Source: a bacterium (GTDB taxonomy: Bacteria > Elusimicrobiota > Elusimicrobia > UBA1565 > UBA9628). Taken from it: 64,000 nucleotides of DNA. Of the stretch, positions 27,956-38,575 are shown one piece after another. The notes beneath the pieces are model-generated. The model did no database searches. It was not told the DNA's origin and saw only the letters and a list, made by a program, of their open reading frames with translations. The stretch is from positions 23,604-87,603 of the forward strand of contig JAJZCM010000003.1 of NCBI GenBank assembly GCA_021846045.1, read 5' to 3'. The position numbers were made by a program, and so were the translations under genes. Numbering within the stretch: position 1 is the stretch's first letter; each line of letters begins with the position of its first letter.

Positions 27956-28462
27956 TTAGGCGGCGGCCGGAATCAGTTTAAGGGCGGCTGTTTCAATCGA
28001 GAAGAGAGCGGCGGTAAAGAATAGATCGCCCAAAGCTGAATTTCTCAAAAAAGGAAGAGCAGCCATGTAGCAATTGATAAGGCCGGAGGCGTTATGGGCA
28101 TAGAGGCCGGAAGTCATCCAGACGCCGAAATTGGTCAGGATGAAAAATAACAATGAGCTTCCCAGGCAAGCGGCGGCCACCATCTGCGCGTTGCGGCGTT
28201 TCTTGAGAAAAAGTCCCAAGGCCGAGACCAAGATGAAAGAAACGTAGACAAAGGGCATTGTCCCATGGAAGCCCAAAAACAAGTCGCTTAAGAAAAGAGC
28301 GCCTAAGGGAACGGTTAAGGCTAAAGCCGGGGTTAAATAAGCCCCGCCCAAAAGAGCGATGGCCGTGAGAGGCGTGACGTTCGCCGGATGCGGCAAGAGG
28401 CGCGCGACGGCGCCCATTAAAATGACGCTGACGCTGACTGATACTGTTTTCTTGTGGTTCAT
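27956..28462 (-). CDS. Small polytopic membrane protein (ECF-transporter S-component-like/DUF), function unknown
   Basis: 168 aa with about 5 TM helices and no diagnostic motif. Confidence 0.35.
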   Translation of the reverse strand: MNHKKTVSVSVSVILMGAVARLLPHPANVTPLTAIALLGGAYLTPALALTVPLGALFLSDLFLGFHGTMPFVYVSFILVSALGLFLKKRRNAQMVAAACLGSSLLFFILTNFGVWMTSGLYAHNASGLINCYMAALPFLRNSALGDLFFTAALFSIETAALKLIPAAA

Positions 28463-28485
28463 ATGTTTTTATTATACCAAATTAA

Positions 28486-29196
28486 TTAACTCCTCATTAA
28501 AAGGAGGCTTCCCTCAAAAAGAAGGATCGAAAACGCGGCAAGCGCGATTTGAGACACTGGGTCGGGAGTGACGAAAATCGGAAGGGCGAAGCAAGCCAGA
28601 TAAATTTGCCGCCAATATCCCCTTAAGAGCGATTTTTTGAGAAGGCCGGCGTGGTTGAGCGCATAAAGAATTAGCGGAAATTGAAAGAGGATCCCGCAAC
28701 CGAACATCAGGTGAACGACAAAGCGCAAATAATGTTCAAGGCCGATCAAGGGCTTGATTCGGGGCGTTCGGTAAGCGAGTAGAAATTTAAGCGCGGCGGG
28801 AACGGCGACAAAGAAGGCCAAGGCGGAGCCAACGAGAAAAAGAAAATAGGAAATAGGGAGCATCGTCAAAATTCGTTTTTTCCAAGGTTTGGAGAGGGCC
28901 GGGGCCGCGAAAAGATAGGCTTGTCCCAAAATAAGAGGCAAAGTCAAGATAAGGCCTGCAAAAGATGCAACTTCAAGACGGGTAAAGAAAGCTTCGGTCG
29001 GGCTCATAAAGACCAGATATCCCGCGGGTCTTGCCAAAAACGAGAGCAGGGGGCCTGAAAAATAAAATCCCACAACGATGCCGACGGAAAGGATGGCGAC
29101 GGAAATGGTGACTCTTCTTCTTAATTCATCAAGATGCGATAAAAATGGCATCGTCGCGTCTTTTTTGAGGGGCGCTTCAAGAACCTCGACGTTCAT
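28486..29196 (-). CDS. tatC: Twin-arginine translocase subunit TatC
   Basis: Motifs FLSHLDELRRR and FVTPDPVSQ with 6 TM helices. The true start may be the internal MPFLSHL at 29151. Confidence 0.85.
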   Translation of the reverse strand: MNVEVLEAPLKKDATMPFLSHLDELRRRVTISVAILSVGIVVGFYFSGPLLSFLARPAGYLVFMSPTEAFFTRLEVASFAGLILTLPLILGQAYLFAAPALSKPWKKRILTMLPISYFLFLVGSALAFFVAVPAALKFLLAYRTPRIKPLIGLEHYLRFVVHLMFGCGILFQFPLILYALNHAGLLKKSLLRGYWRQIYLACFALPIFVTPDPVSQIALAAFSILLFEGSLLLMRS

Positions 29197-29579
29197 TGGG
29201 AAAAGATCGCCTCTTCCTTGCCCTCAAACCACGGAAGGCGCACAACCTGGATTCCTAGGGTTTTGACTAGGCGTTCCGTTTCCTCATCCGGAAGCTTTTG
29301 ATCATATCCCAGGGCAAGAATATCGGGTTTTTCTTCAAGGAGAGACTTGGCAAAGCTGTTTTCTTCGCCCACCCGGATGGAATCGGCGATTTCTAGATCC
29401 TTGAGCCACTTAAGCCTAATTTGAGCCGGAACGGCGGTGGGCTTTTTGTTGTGGCTGTCGCTGGATAAAACCACAACCAACTCATCTCCGAGGCTTCGCG
29501 CTTCTTTGAGCATCTTGAGATGGGCTTTGTGAACGCGGTTAAAACATCCGGCGGTGAAAACTTTGCGTTTAGCGCTCAA
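29193..29579 (-). CDS. Cytidylyltransferase-like nucleotidyltransferase (FAD synthase RibL/GCT-like small family)
   Basis: 128 aa. N-terminal FTAGCFNRVHKAHLKML resembles the (H/T)xGH nucleotidyltransferase motif. Lies between tatA and tatC. Confidence 0.45.
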   Translation of the reverse strand: MSAKRKVFTAGCFNRVHKAHLKMLKEARSLGDELVVVLSSDSHNKKPTAVPAQIRLKWLKDLEIADSIRVGEENSFAKSLLEEKPDILALGYDQKLPDEETERLVKTLGIQVVRLPWFEGKEEAIFSQ

Positions 29580-29770
29580 GGTTTCGGGAGGGCGTCCTGA
29601 ACCTTGGCCGCTTCAATTTTTTTGTCGTCTTCCAAGCCTTCTTTGAGGCCTTGCTTGAACATATTCACCGCGCGTCCGCATTGCTTGGCAAATTCCGGAA
29701 TCTTGTTGGGGCCAAACAAAACCAGCGCTACGATTAAAACAACTAGAATTTCTCCAAAAGAAAGATCCAT
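29576..29770 (-). CDS. tatA: Twin-arginine translocase subunit TatA/E
   Basis: 64 aa. MDLSFGEILVVLIVALVLFGPNKIPEFAKQCGRA is the canonical TatA TM helix, hinge and amphipathic helix. Confidence 0.85.
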   Translation of the reverse strand: MDLSFGEILVVLIVALVLFGPNKIPEFAKQCGRAVNMFKQGLKEGLEDDKKIEAAKVQDALPKP

Positions 29771-29830
29771 GTCATTCCTCCAAAGAGACGGTGGGACAGT
29801 TCCCGCCTCTTTTATATATCATATCACGAA

Positions 29831-30547
29831 ATGGAGCCTAAGAGCCGGTCCCCGTGGCACGGATTGCGAACCCTTGGAGTCGCGATGGCGGCGTTTTTCT
29901 TGGGGGCCTGCTCGAATAAAAAAATAGAGGGGGGAAGCGGGCGCGCCTATTACCAGGCTTTGAATTGCCAGGTCTGCCACCGAATTGGAACGGAGGGCGG
30001 CGCCCAAAAAGGTCCGGACCTTTCTTTCGTCGGTTTTCGAAAAAGCGCCGATTGGCTGAACCTTTGGCTTAAGAATCCCCAGGCATGGAAGCCGCAAACG
30101 CCGATGCCCAACTTCCATTTGTCCTCATCCGCGCGAAAAGCCTTGGCGGGGTATTTATCGAGCTTGAAAGGCCAGGTTTGGGATGATCACCGCCCGTGGA
30201 ATACTCCGGAGCTTCTCCGCAATCCGGTTTTACGCGGGCACATGATTTATATCCGAGTCGGATGCGTGACTTGCCATGGAATTGAAGGCGTCGGCGGGTA
30301 CCCTGACAATAATGTGGTTGGGGGGCTCATCCCGCCGCTTGATTCTGTGTCCCAATCATTTACTAAAAAAGAATTAGTTCAAAAAATAAAATTTGGAGCG
30401 ATTCCCCAAAAAGCGGGTCCCAAAGGCCCAGCGCCGCTTCTTCAAATGCCTGCTTGGGGGCAAGTCCTTGGCGACGGCGAAATTTCTGCGGTCGCTGATT
30501 ATCTGCTTTCGCTTAAATCCAAAAAATCTTCGTCCGGAAATTGGTAG
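29831..30547 (+). CDS. Diheme c-type cytochrome (lipoprotein-like signal)
   Basis: Two CxxCH motifs (CQVCH, CVTCH). N-terminal signal with LGAC lipobox-like sequence. Confidence 0.75.
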   Translation: MEPKSRSPWHGLRTLGVAMAAFFLGACSNKKIEGGSGRAYYQALNCQVCHRIGTEGGAQKGPDLSFVGFRKSADWLNLWLKNPQAWKPQTPMPNFHLSSSARKALAGYLSSLKGQVWDDHRPWNTPELLRNPVLRGHMIYIRVGCVTCHGIEGVGGYPDNNVVGGLIPPLDSVSQSFTKKELVQKIKFGAIPQKAGPKGPAPLLQMPAWGQVLGDGEISAVADYLLSLKSKKSSSGNW

Positions 30548-30561
30548 GATGAAACCCTGAT

Positions 30562-31185
30562 ATGGCGATTGCAAGCTTGCGCGGGCGGGTGATTGGCTCC
30601 GAGAATGAGCGCTTGGTGCTGGAGGTCTCGGGGGTAGGCTATGAGGTTTTTGTTTTTCGGGGGGTTTTAGATCGGATTCGAGAAAAAGGAGAAAATGAGA
30701 CTTTATTCCAAATCGTATCCGTGTCCGGAATGTACGGCGGCGGAGAAACCCTGTATGGATTTTTAACGGCGGAAGAAAAAGAGGTTTTTCTCCTTTTTAA
30801 GGATAATATTCCCGGCGCCGGAGCCAAGAAGGCTATGGAGTATGTGGAAAAAGCCTCGAAATCCTTTCCTGATTTTCGGCGCGCCATTATCGAAAAAGAT
30901 TCTAAAGTCTTGGGCGGAATTTTCGGGTTTACCGCTAAGACCGCTGATAAACTCATTGCCGGGCTTAAAGATAAGATAGGAGAATTGTCTCTGTCTGGTT
31001 CTGAAAAAATGCGCTATTCTCAAATGCCGGCGGATGGGGCGCTATCCCAAGCGCTCAGCGCCTTGTCGGCTTTGGGATATAAAAACATGGAAGCGCGAAC
31101 GGCCTTGCAGGCCGTCATTGATGAAAACGGGGCGGCGCATTTGGGAGCGGAAGAAATTGTTCGCCTAGCGCTTAAGAAACTTTAA
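30562..31185 (+). CDS. ruvA: Holliday junction branch migration complex subunit RuvA
   Basis: [33 protein letters not shown]-fold N-terminus, HhH region and C-terminal RuvB-interaction domain. Confidence 0.85.
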   Translation: MAIASLRGRVIGSENERLVLEVSGVGYEVFVFRGVLDRIREKGENETLFQIVSVSGMYGGGETLYGFLTAEEKEVFLLFKDNIPGAGAKKAMEYVEKASKSFPDFRRAIIEKDSKVLGGIFGFTAKTADKLIAGLKDKIGELSLSGSEKMRYSQMPADGALSQALSALSALGYKNMEARTALQAVIDENGAAHLGAEEIVRLALKKL

Positions 31186-32216
31186 TGAATGATTCTTCGG
31201 ATTCTGTTTTGACTCCCGAAACATCGGCGGGAGAAGAGGTTTTCGATAGGGCCCTTCGCCCTAAGACCTTGGAGGAGTTCATCGGCCAAGAAAAGCTGAA
31301 GGCGAATTTGAGGGTCTTTATCGAGGCCGCGCGTAAACGCAAGGAACCCTTGGACCACTGTTTGTTTTATTCTCCGCCGGGATTGGGAAAGACGACGTTA
31401 TCCTACATTTTGGCGCGGGAAATGGGCGTTAATTTGAGGACTTCCTCCGGACCCATTTTGGAGCGTGCCGGGGATTTGGCCGCTCTTTTGACCGATTTAA
31501 GCGAAGGCGACATTTTTTTTATCGATGAAATCCACCGCTTAAATGCGGTTGTGGAAGAGGCCTTGTATCCCGTGATGGAGGATTTCACATTTTTTGTTTC
31601 AACCGGCAAGGGCCCTTCCGCCTCAACCTTGAAATTAGCGGTTCCGCGTTTTACCTTGGTAGGGGCAACGACGAGGGCAGGGCTTTTGACTGGGCCCTTG
31701 CGGGATCGCTTCGGTATCGTCGGAAATCTTGGTTTTTATGATAATGGAGAACTCGAAAAAATCATTCTCCGGAGCGCGGGAATTTTAAAGATTCGCGTGC
31801 TGGATGAGGGGGCTTCCGAAATCGCGCGTCGCTGTCGTCAAACGCCTAGAATCGCCAACCGTATTTTGCGCCGCGTGCGGGATTTCGCCGACATCAAAGG
31901 CCGGGGGTTGATTGACGGTCCCATCGCCCGCTATGCGCTGGACGCTCTTGAAGTCGACAACGCGGGCCTGGATGCGATTGATCGCCGCCTTCTTCTTGCG
32001 TTGATTGAAAAATTTTCCGGAGGGCCGGTCGGCCTTGAGAACTTGGCGATTGCCATTGGGGAAGAGTTGGACACTTTAACAGATGTTGTTGAGCCTTTTT
32101 TGATCCAATCCGGATTCATGTCGCGCACCCCTAGAGGGAGAGTCGCCGCTCAAAAAGCTTACCGGCATTTGAATTTCCCCGTTCCTTCCACGCAACAAGA
32201 TGCCGGACTTTTTTAA
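31185..32216 (+). CDS. ruvB: Holliday junction DNA helicase RuvB
   Basis: Walker [15 protein letters not shown], sensor motifs and a winged-helix C-terminus. Translationally coupled to ruvA (ATGA overlap). Confidence 0.9.
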   Translation: MNDSSDSVLTPETSAGEEVFDRALRPKTLEEFIGQEKLKANLRVFIEAARKRKEPLDHCLFYSPPGLGKTTLSYILAREMGVNLRTSSGPILERAGDLAALLTDLSEGDIFFIDEIHRLNAVVEEALYPVMEDFTFFVSTGKGPSASTLKLAVPRFTLVGATTRAGLLTGPLRDRFGIVGNLGFYDNGELEKIILRSAGILKIRVLDEGASEIARRCRQTPRIANRILRRVRDFADIKGRGLIDGPIARYALDALEVDNAGLDAIDRRLLLALIEKFSGGPVGLENLAIAIGEELDTLTDVVEPFLIQSGFMSRTPRGRVAAQKAYRHLNFPVPSTQQDAGLF

Positions 32217-33348
32217 AAAAATTATCAAAATTAGCCGCTTTGTATTAATCGCGGTTTTTTTTATCCATTTGAACGCTTGGTCGCATGAACGAGCCATTCG
32301 CGTGGGAATTGTTCCGCAAGCGGATTCATTCGTTTTTATTCCAAAAGGTCATTACCAAACAGTTGATTTCTTGGGGCGCCCAAAGACCCTCATTGACGGA
32401 AAGACTTACACGGTCAAGCCGTCGGCAAAGCTCTTATCCTTGGACTTGTGGACCTTGCCGGCCAATGCGTGGTTTCGAAGTCAAGATCCCAACGCGGCTT
32501 TATGGATCGGCAATAGGCGCTATCCGGGAAATTTTCTCATCCTTTTAAATTCCAATAAGACGGTCACGGGGATTGAAATTCTTGGGATTGAGACTTATTT
32601 GTTGGGCGTTGTCGGGCATGAAATGGACGGGTCTTGGCCGCTCGAGGCTTTAAAGGCCCAGGCGGTGGTGGCCCGGACGTTCGCGTATTTTCAGCTTGAA
32701 AAATCTCACCCGCATGGTTACGATCTTGGAGACGACGCGGGATATCAAATGTACGGCGGCGTCAAAGAGACGCCGAAAAATATTATTTTGGCGGTTAAAG
32801 AAACGGAGGGCGAGGTTTTAGGATACAAAGGAAAGTTGTTGAGCGTCTACTATCATTCCTGCTGCGGGGGCCACACTGCGGATGCGGGATGGGTGTGGGG
32901 GCTTAAGCATACGCCTCGACCCTTGAGGGGAGTTTCAGATCCCTACTGTAAATTTTCCCCTTATTACCGCTGGAAGATTTTTTTTAGATCTGATGAAATC
33001 AAGGCGGCCCTCGAAAGTCGCCGTCTTTTAGGCGGAGCGCTTAATTTTTTCGGCCTTGGGTCCGAGAAATACGACTACGTAAAAAATTTCAAGGCGCAGA
33101 TTGGAACGACCCATTTGGTCGTTGGCGCGAACCGTTTTCGGTTGGCTTTGGGAGCTTCCAGCCTTAAGAGCGTGAGGATTTTTGGTATGGAAAAGGAAGG
33201 TAATGGCGTGGAATTTTCCGGAGGGGGCTCCGGACACGGGGTCGGCTTGTGCCAGTGGGGGGCGCGCGGGCAAGCGGCGCGCGGCAGAAGCTATGAAAAG
33301 ATACTGAAATTTTATTTTCCGGGCTCGGTTCTTTCTGTCGTCGAGTGA
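32200..33348 (+). CDS. SpoIID/LytB domain protein (amidase enhancer/lytic transglycosylase family)
   Basis: Conserved block [17 protein letters not shown] and the C-terminal GVGLCQWGA motif. Confidence 0.8.
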   Translation: MPDFFKKIIKISRFVLIAVFFIHLNAWSHERAIRVGIVPQADSFVFIPKGHYQTVDFLGRPKTLIDGKTYTVKPSAKLLSLDLWTLPANAWFRSQDPNAALWIGNRRYPGNFLILLNSNKTVTGIEILGIETYLLGVVGHEMDGSWPLEALKAQAVVARTFAYFQLEKSHPHGYDLGDDAGYQMYGGVKETPKNIILAVKETEGEVLGYKGKLLSVYYHSCCGGHTADAGWVWGLKHTPRPLRGVSDPYCKFSPYYRWKIFFRSDEIKAALESRRLLGGALNFFGLGSEKYDYVKNFKAQIGTTHLVVGANRFRLALGASSLKSVRIFGMEKEGNGVEFSGGGSGHGVGLCQWGARGQAARGRSYEKILKFYFPGSVLSVVE

Positions 33349-33469
33349 AGACGGATTTTTTTGATTTTTTTGACCCTTGCCTCTTGAATCTTCGTTTTAG
33401 TTCTGTTAATCTGTTGGAGTCATTGGCTGGGCAAGGGTTTCAAGTGTTTAAAGAAAGGGGAGGACTGTT

Positions 33470-33901
33470 ATGAACTATCATTTAAAGCGAATTAATCCGT
33501 ATTGGCACAATCACCCGATGATTCCCACGGGGGTCGCTGTGGGGGCCATTTGCGCAGCTATGGGTTTTGCCGCCCAGCGCCCCGCTATTGAAATTATAGG
33601 CGTGGCCATCGCGGGCTTGTCTCTCTTTGTGGCCGTTAAGCCTGTTTTTTCCCTTTTGTTTTGTCTCATCGGGCTTTTTGGGGGCGTCAGCACGTTTCTA
33701 ATCGCCCCCGGCCTCAATGCCGACAGCTTGACGGCTCCTCTTAAATTTGTCTCCATCATTCTCTTCACCGCTTTTTATGCGGCGTTGATGGATGCGATGC
33801 TCTTGGTCGTGGCGGTGATTTACAATTTTTTGGTGGGCCCGGGCGGTCTTTCGGGTCTCCATATCGAATTATCCGAAGCGGAGGCGGAGGAAGAGGCATA
33901 G
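33470..33901 (+). CDS. Small membrane protein, hypothetical
   Basis: 143 aa with 4 predicted TM helices and an acidic C-terminal tail. Confidence 0.4.
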   Translation: MNYHLKRINPYWHNHPMIPTGVAVGAICAAMGFAAQRPAIEIIGVAIAGLSLFVAVKPVFSLLFCLIGLFGGVSTFLIAPGLNADSLTAPLKFVSIILFTAFYAALMDAMLLVVAVIYNFLVGPGGLSGLHIELSEAEAEEEA

Positions 33902-34726
33902 ATGAAAATCAACGCCATTTACGCCTCGCGCGAGCCTAATCGCGCGGCTGTTTTAGTCGAAGCGTTATCGGCGAATCAATTTTCGGTTTCCATTGCGCAA
34001 AAATCCAAGGAGGTTTTGGATCAACTCTCCAAACAGAACGCCGGTCTTCTCTTGATTGGGGAAAAGTTGACGGATTTAGACGGGGTTGCGTTCGTAAAAA
34101 ATTTAAGGACGAAGGGGCCGTACAAGCAAATGCCGGTCGTTGCCGTGGTCGAACACGGGGAAGCCCAGGCGGCGGCGCCGCAGCGAAGCGCTTATGCCGC
34201 TTTTGGGAAAAAGCCCGTGGACGCGATTCGCGTTAAATTTTCCAGCGAGGCGGCGGCCAATGGCGCGGCCGCGCCCGGATCTTCCCAGGCCGTCATCCGT
34301 CTTGCATTTTTTAACGCGGGAGCGGATGAGTGCTTGTCGCTTAATTGGGACGCTGCGGAGTGCGTGGCCCGCATTAAGGCGCTTCTTCGACGCACCCAAA
34401 CAACGCCTTCCGAAGAAATCATTAAGATGGGAATAATCGAGCTTAATTTGACGAGCTATACCCTCCATATCAGCGGGAAAAAGGTCAATTTGACTTCCAA
34501 GGAACTCGATTTACTTTATGTTTTTTTAAGCTCATCTAATCGCGTTCTGAGCCGCCCCTATTTAATTGAGCGCGTTTGGGGTTATAACTATTTCGGCTCC
34601 CCTCGAACGGTGGATGTTCATGTGAGGCGCTTACGGGAAAAATTGGGTTCCGCGGCGAAATATGTGACGACTATTCCCTGCGTGGGCTACAAACTGATTC
34701 CACCAGGTTCCGAAATGCGGAGGTAG
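33902..34726 (+). CDS. OmpR-family winged-helix transcriptional regulator with a degenerate (pseudo-)receiver domain
   Basis: C-terminal trans_reg_C (LTSKELDLLYVFLSSSNRVLSRPYLIERVWGYNYFGSPRTVDVHVRRLREKLG...VGYKL). The N-terminal receiver-like fold lacks the acidic pocket: there is no DD pair and the phospho-acceptor position reads LLLIGEKLTDLDG. An Ala/Pro-rich insertion is present. Confidence 0.6.
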   Translation: MKINAIYASREPNRAAVLVEALSANQFSVSIAQKSKEVLDQLSKQNAGLLLIGEKLTDLDGVAFVKNLRTKGPYKQMPVVAVVEHGEAQAAAPQRSAYAAFGKKPVDAIRVKFSSEAAANGAAAPGSSQAVIRLAFFNAGADECLSLNWDAAECVARIKALLRRTQTTPSEEIIKMGIIELNLTSYTLHISGKKVNLTSKELDLLYVFLSSSNRVLSRPYLIERVWGYNYFGSPRTVDVHVRRLREKLGSAAKYVTTIPCVGYKLIPPGSEMRR

Positions 34727-34731
34727 CGAAC

Positions 34732-35118
34732 ATGACGAAACAAAATCATTCCAAGCTTTTGGTTATTGACGACGACGCTCATCTGCGCGAAAGTCTGGCC
34801 GAGGTTTTGGAATTGGACGGCTTTGAGTGTTCCTTGGCCGGAACGGCCAAGACGGGTCTTGAATGCGCGGCGAAGATCAACCCCGATATCGTCATCATGG
34901 ATATTCAATTGCCGGATTCTTCCGGGTTTCAGATATGCCAAGAATTGCGTAAGCGTTCTAAAACGACGATCTTGATCATGATGACGGGGCGCTTTTTGTC
35001 ATTGGACGAGAAAAAACAAGGTTTTGCTCTGGGGGCGGATGATTATCTGACAAAACCCTTTGATATCGTCGAACTTTCCGCGCGGATTCGACAAATGTTA
35101 ACTCGCCGGAAGGGATAG
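34732..35118 (+). CDS. Stand-alone response regulator receiver (CheY-like)
   Basis: LLVIDDD...DIVIMDIQLPDSSG...ILIMMTG...GADDYLTKPF carries all the canonical receiver residues. Confidence 0.85.
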   Translation: MTKQNHSKLLVIDDDAHLRESLAEVLELDGFECSLAGTAKTGLECAAKINPDIVIMDIQLPDSSGFQICQELRKRSKTTILIMMTGRFLSLDEKKQGFALGADDYLTKPFDIVELSARIRQMLTRRKG

Positions 35119-35145
35119 TTAGGGTCAAGGACCCCTAGCGGCCTC

Positions 35146-37026
35146 ATGCCATTACCCTCTCAAAGAGGCAGACTTGCCTACAAGATTCTCCTCTGGTTTT
35201 TGATCATTTCCCTGATCCCGATGGGAGTCGCGGGTCTCTACTTGATTGATATTTCCCAGGCTTCCCTCCATCAGCAAATTTTGGGAACGGAGAAATCCTT
35301 GGCCCAAAGTTTTGCCGAAACGGTTTATAAATATATCGCGACCTATCGGGATATTTTGGAAGAATCTGCGGCATTGCCCCAATTTGCTTCTGGAAATAAG
35401 TCGGAAGAGCAATTTTATCTGAAGCATCTGATGAGTCTTCATGTCGCTATTCTTGAACTTTCCGTTCTGGATTCTTCTGGGCATGAAGTCATTCGAGAAG
35501 GGCGGTTCCTCGGGCCTAACCCGCAATTGCGCAACATGGAATCCGAGGGGTTTTTTGATACGGCTTTGGCCAGAGGGGAATTTATCGGCGCTCTTAAAAG
35601 GTTTCAAGGCATTTACCCGACGGTGACGATTGCGGTTTCCATTGGATCCGCGAAATCTGGGAAAATTCCGTCCGGGATATTGGCCGCGAAAATCAGCCTC
35701 AACGGACTTTCCTCCATGCTGTCGATGGAGTTTCCGCCTTCCAGCGCAACCTCGGCCGCCGTTGCCGCTCCAGATGGATTTTTAATCGCCCATTCCGATC
35801 CGGAAAAAGTCTATAAGCCTGATGCGCGCTTAAACAGTGAAATCCTGAAAATCCTTACGACCCAGGTCGCCGATTCCGGCGGCGGGGAAATGACTCTTTC
35901 AAACGGCCAAAGCTTTTTAAGCGCTTATGCCGACGTCAACGGTTTGGATTGGATCGTCTACGTTCAGGAATCCATTCAAGCCGCTTATCACACGGCCGCT
36001 CGAATGCGCTCTCAAATTCTGCGGCTTTTGATTTGGGTCATCATCGCTATTATCGTTTTATCCTTGGCTGTTTCCAGGCACATCACGCAGCCATTGCGCG
36101 CTCTTAAGGACGCCGCGCGGAAAGTGGGGATGGGCCAATTCGAGGATTTTCCAGAAGTGTTGACGACCAACGATGAAATAGGGGACTTGGCTCAGGCGTT
36201 TTTGTCCATGAGCGAGTCCTTAAAAGAGAAGACTGGCGAACTCGTCGACACCAAACAGGAGCTTGAGCGCTTGAACCGGACCCTTGAAAAACGGGTCGAA
36301 GCGCGCACGCGGGAGCTTAAAGCGGCCCAAGAAGAGCTCATTAAAAAAGAGCGTTTAGCCGCGATCGGGCAAATGGCTTCCGTGGTCGGACATGAGATCC
36401 GAAATCCGCTGGCCGTCATTAATAATTCCATCTACTTCATCAAAACAAAGTTGGCTTCCGTCTTGTCTCAAGACCCGAAAGTTTCCAAACATGTAAAAAT
36501 TATCGAGTCCGAGATTCAGCAAGCGAACGGGATTATCAACGAAATATTGACCTATTCAAGACAGCGCGAGCTTCAGCCTGAACCGGTTAGGCTCAATGAT
36601 TGGCTGGAAGAACTATTGTCGGTTTATCCGTTTCCGCCGCATATTACGCTTCAGAAAATTTTTGTTCCGTCGAATCCTCCGGTTGAGATTGATTTAACTG
36701 AAATGCAGCAGGCGCTTAGAAATCTAATTGGAAACGCTATTGAGGTGATGCCGGAAAAGGGAATTTTGGGTGTGAAGACCTTTTTGTCCCAAGCCAATAT
36801 GGCGGCGATTGAAATTTCAGATACCGGCCCCGGCATTCCGCAGGAAACATTGGAAAAAATATTTGCTCCGTTTTTTACCACCAAAGCTCGCGGGACGGGC
36901 TTGGGGCTTGCGGTCGTCAAAAAAGTAATTGATCGCCATGGAGGGAAAGTTGAGGTGGCAAGCATCGTCGGTCGAGGCACTGTTTTTCGCCTTCATATTC
37001 CCATTTCTCAAAAGGTTGAGGCATGA
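35146..37026 (+). CDS. Sensor histidine kinase (periplasmic Cache-like sensor, HAMP, HisKA, HATPase_c)
   Basis: Two TM helices flank a roughly 270 aa periplasmic domain. HAMP region, H-box AAIGQMASVVGHEIRNPL, and N, G1 and G2 boxes in the C-terminus. Confidence 0.85.
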   Translation: MPLPSQRGRLAYKILLWFLIISLIPMGVAGLYLIDISQASLHQQILGTEKSLAQSFAETVYKYIATYRDILEESAALPQFASGNKSEEQFYLKHLMSLHVAILELSVLDSSGHEVIREGRFLGPNPQLRNMESEGFFDTALARGEFIGALKRFQGIYPTVTIAVSIGSAKSGKIPSGILAAKISLNGLSSMLSMEFPPSSATSAAVAAPDGFLIAHSDPEKVYKPDARLNSEILKILTTQVADSGGGEMTLSNGQSFLSAYADVNGLDWIVYVQESIQAAYHTAARMRSQILRLLIWVIIAIIVLSLAVSRHITQPLRALKDAARKVGMGQFEDFPEVLTTNDEIGDLAQAFLSMSESLKEKTGELVDTKQELERLNRTLEKRVEARTRELKAAQEELIKKERLAAIGQMASVVGHEIRNPLAVINNSIYFIKTKLASVLSQDPKVSKHVKIIESEIQQANGIINEILTYSRQRELQPEPVRLNDWLEELLSVYPFPPHITLQKIFVPSNPPVEIDLTEMQQALRNLIGNAIEVMPEKGILGVKTFLSQANMAAIEISDTGPGIPQETLEKIFAPFFTTKARGTGLGLAVVKKVIDRHGGKVEVASIVGRGTVFRLHIPISQKVEA

Positions 37027-38165
37027 CGGAATCAAAAGTTCGCATTTTGATCGTCGATGACGACCCGCATATTCGCGAGTCTTTGTTTGACGTTCTTGAA
37101 GATGCCGGCTACGAGGTTTTTAAGGCATCCGGAGAAAAAGAGGCTTTGTCCGAGGTCCGAACGCATTCCTTTGACGTGATCCTGATGGATTATAACTTGC
37201 CGAACTCAACCGGAATCCAGGTCATCAAGAAAATCAGAAAAATCGATTTGAAAAGCCAGATATTGATGCTGACGGCGGATCGGACTCAAGAAACCGCGGT
37301 CATGGCCATTCAGGAATCCGTGGCGGATTTTTTGGTCAAGCCGGTCGACGTCGATCACCTCAAACACGCGATTTCAAACTCTCTGGAAAAATTGCGCCTG
37401 ATGCGGGAAAACGAGCGGATGTCTCTTGAATTGAAAAAAACCAACGAGAACTTGGAACATTTAGACCGGATGAAATCCAAGTTCCTTTCGATGTCTTCGC
37501 ATGATTTGTCGAACGCCTTGATGGCCCTTCAGGCCAGCTTCGAACTTCTTTCTCAAACAATCAATCCCTCCGAAGAACAGAAGAAAAGAATGACCGCGAT
37601 TTCTTCGAGCATTAGTCAGTTGACCCGCTTGACTGCCGATCTGGTCGATTGGGCTTCCATTGAAAACGGAAAATTCAGGATTGAGCGGGAAATGTGCAGG
37701 CCGGAGATCCTTTTGCAGGAAATTCTTCCGGGCTCTCAAGCGCGGGCGCAGGCGCGGGGGATTAAGTTCACGGAAAAAATAGAAAAGTCCTTGCCCGACA
37801 TCTACGCCGATAAAAGACGCATTTCCCAGGTTCTCAATAATTTGCTTGAAAATGCCATTCGCTATACTTCGAAGGGCGGGGAAATTTCAGTTTATGCGAT
37901 GCGGGCCTTAAATGAAAACTCAAAACCCGCCATTCGATTCGGAGTGAAGGACTCCGGAGATGGAATTTTGCCGACCGAACTCAATAAAATTTTTCAGAGC
38001 TTCTATCAAGGCCCGGATGCTTCGAAGGGTGGACGTCTCGGCTTGGGATTGGCCACCTCGAAAGAAATCATCGAAGCCCATGACGGGAAAATGGGCGTTG
38101 AAAGCGAGGGCATTGGCCACGGCGCGACCTTCTTTTTTACGATTCCAACCTCGAAAAATTCATGA
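37023..38165 (+). CDS. Hybrid response regulator receiver fused to histidine kinase (REC-HisKA-HATPase_c)
   Basis: Receiver ILIVDDD...DVILMDYNLPNSTG, then H-box MKSKFLSMSSHDLSNAL and ATPase G-boxes. The stop lies at the edge of the 66-bp repeat array. Confidence 0.8.
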   Translation: MTESKVRILIVDDDPHIRESLFDVLEDAGYEVFKASGEKEALSEVRTHSFDVILMDYNLPNSTGIQVIKKIRKIDLKSQILMLTADRTQETAVMAIQESVADFLVKPVDVDHLKHAISNSLEKLRLMRENERMSLELKKTNENLEHLDRMKSKFLSMSSHDLSNALMALQASFELLSQTINPSEEQKKRMTAISSSISQLTRLTADLVDWASIENGKFRIEREMCRPEILLQEILPGSQARAQARGIKFTEKIEKSLPDIYADKRRISQVLNNLLENAIRYTSKGGEISVYAMRALNENSKPAIRFGVKDSGDGILPTELNKIFQSFYQGPDASKGGRLGLGLATSKEIIEAHDGKMGVESEGIGHGATFFFTIPTSKNS

Positions 38166-38575
38166 CCGGCTGCGTTCCTTGCTCGCGAAGCGAGAGCGTG
38201 CCGAAACATCTTGAGAAAAGGCGTTATGATTCGGCCTGCGTTCCTTGCTCGCGAAGCGAGAGCGTGCCGAAACATCTTGAGAAAAGGCGTTATGATTCGG
38301 CCTGCGTTCCTTGCTCGCGGAGCGAGAGCGTGCCGAAACATCTTGAGAAAAGGCGTTATGATTCGGCCTGCGTTCCTTGCTCGCGAAGCGAGAGCGTGCC
38401 GAAACATCTTGAGAAAAGGCGTTATGATTCGGCCTGCGTTCCTTGCTCGCGGAGCGAGAGCGTGCCGAAACATCTTGAGAAAAGGCGTTATGATTCGGCC
38501 TGCGTTCCTTGCTCGCGGAGCGAGAGCGTGCCGAAACATCTTGAGAAAAGGCGTTATGATTCGGCCCGCCGAATA
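38158..38575 (+). repeat. Tandem array of about 6.3 copies of a 66-bp hairpin-containing unit (family 2)
   Basis: Unit ggcctgcgttccttgctcgcgaagcgagagcgtgccgaaacatcttgagaaaaggcgttatgattc is repeated at period 66 with at most 1 mismatch per unit. Each unit contains the stem-loop CTCGC-GAA-GCGAG. It is not CRISPR-like because there are no unique spacers. Confidence 0.9.

Noticed and set aside
38158-38575. Possible CRISPR array (regular 66-bp periodicity)
   Set aside because: Whole units are near-identical end to end and there are no unique spacers. No cas genes lie nearby. It is a simple tandem duplication of a hairpin element.
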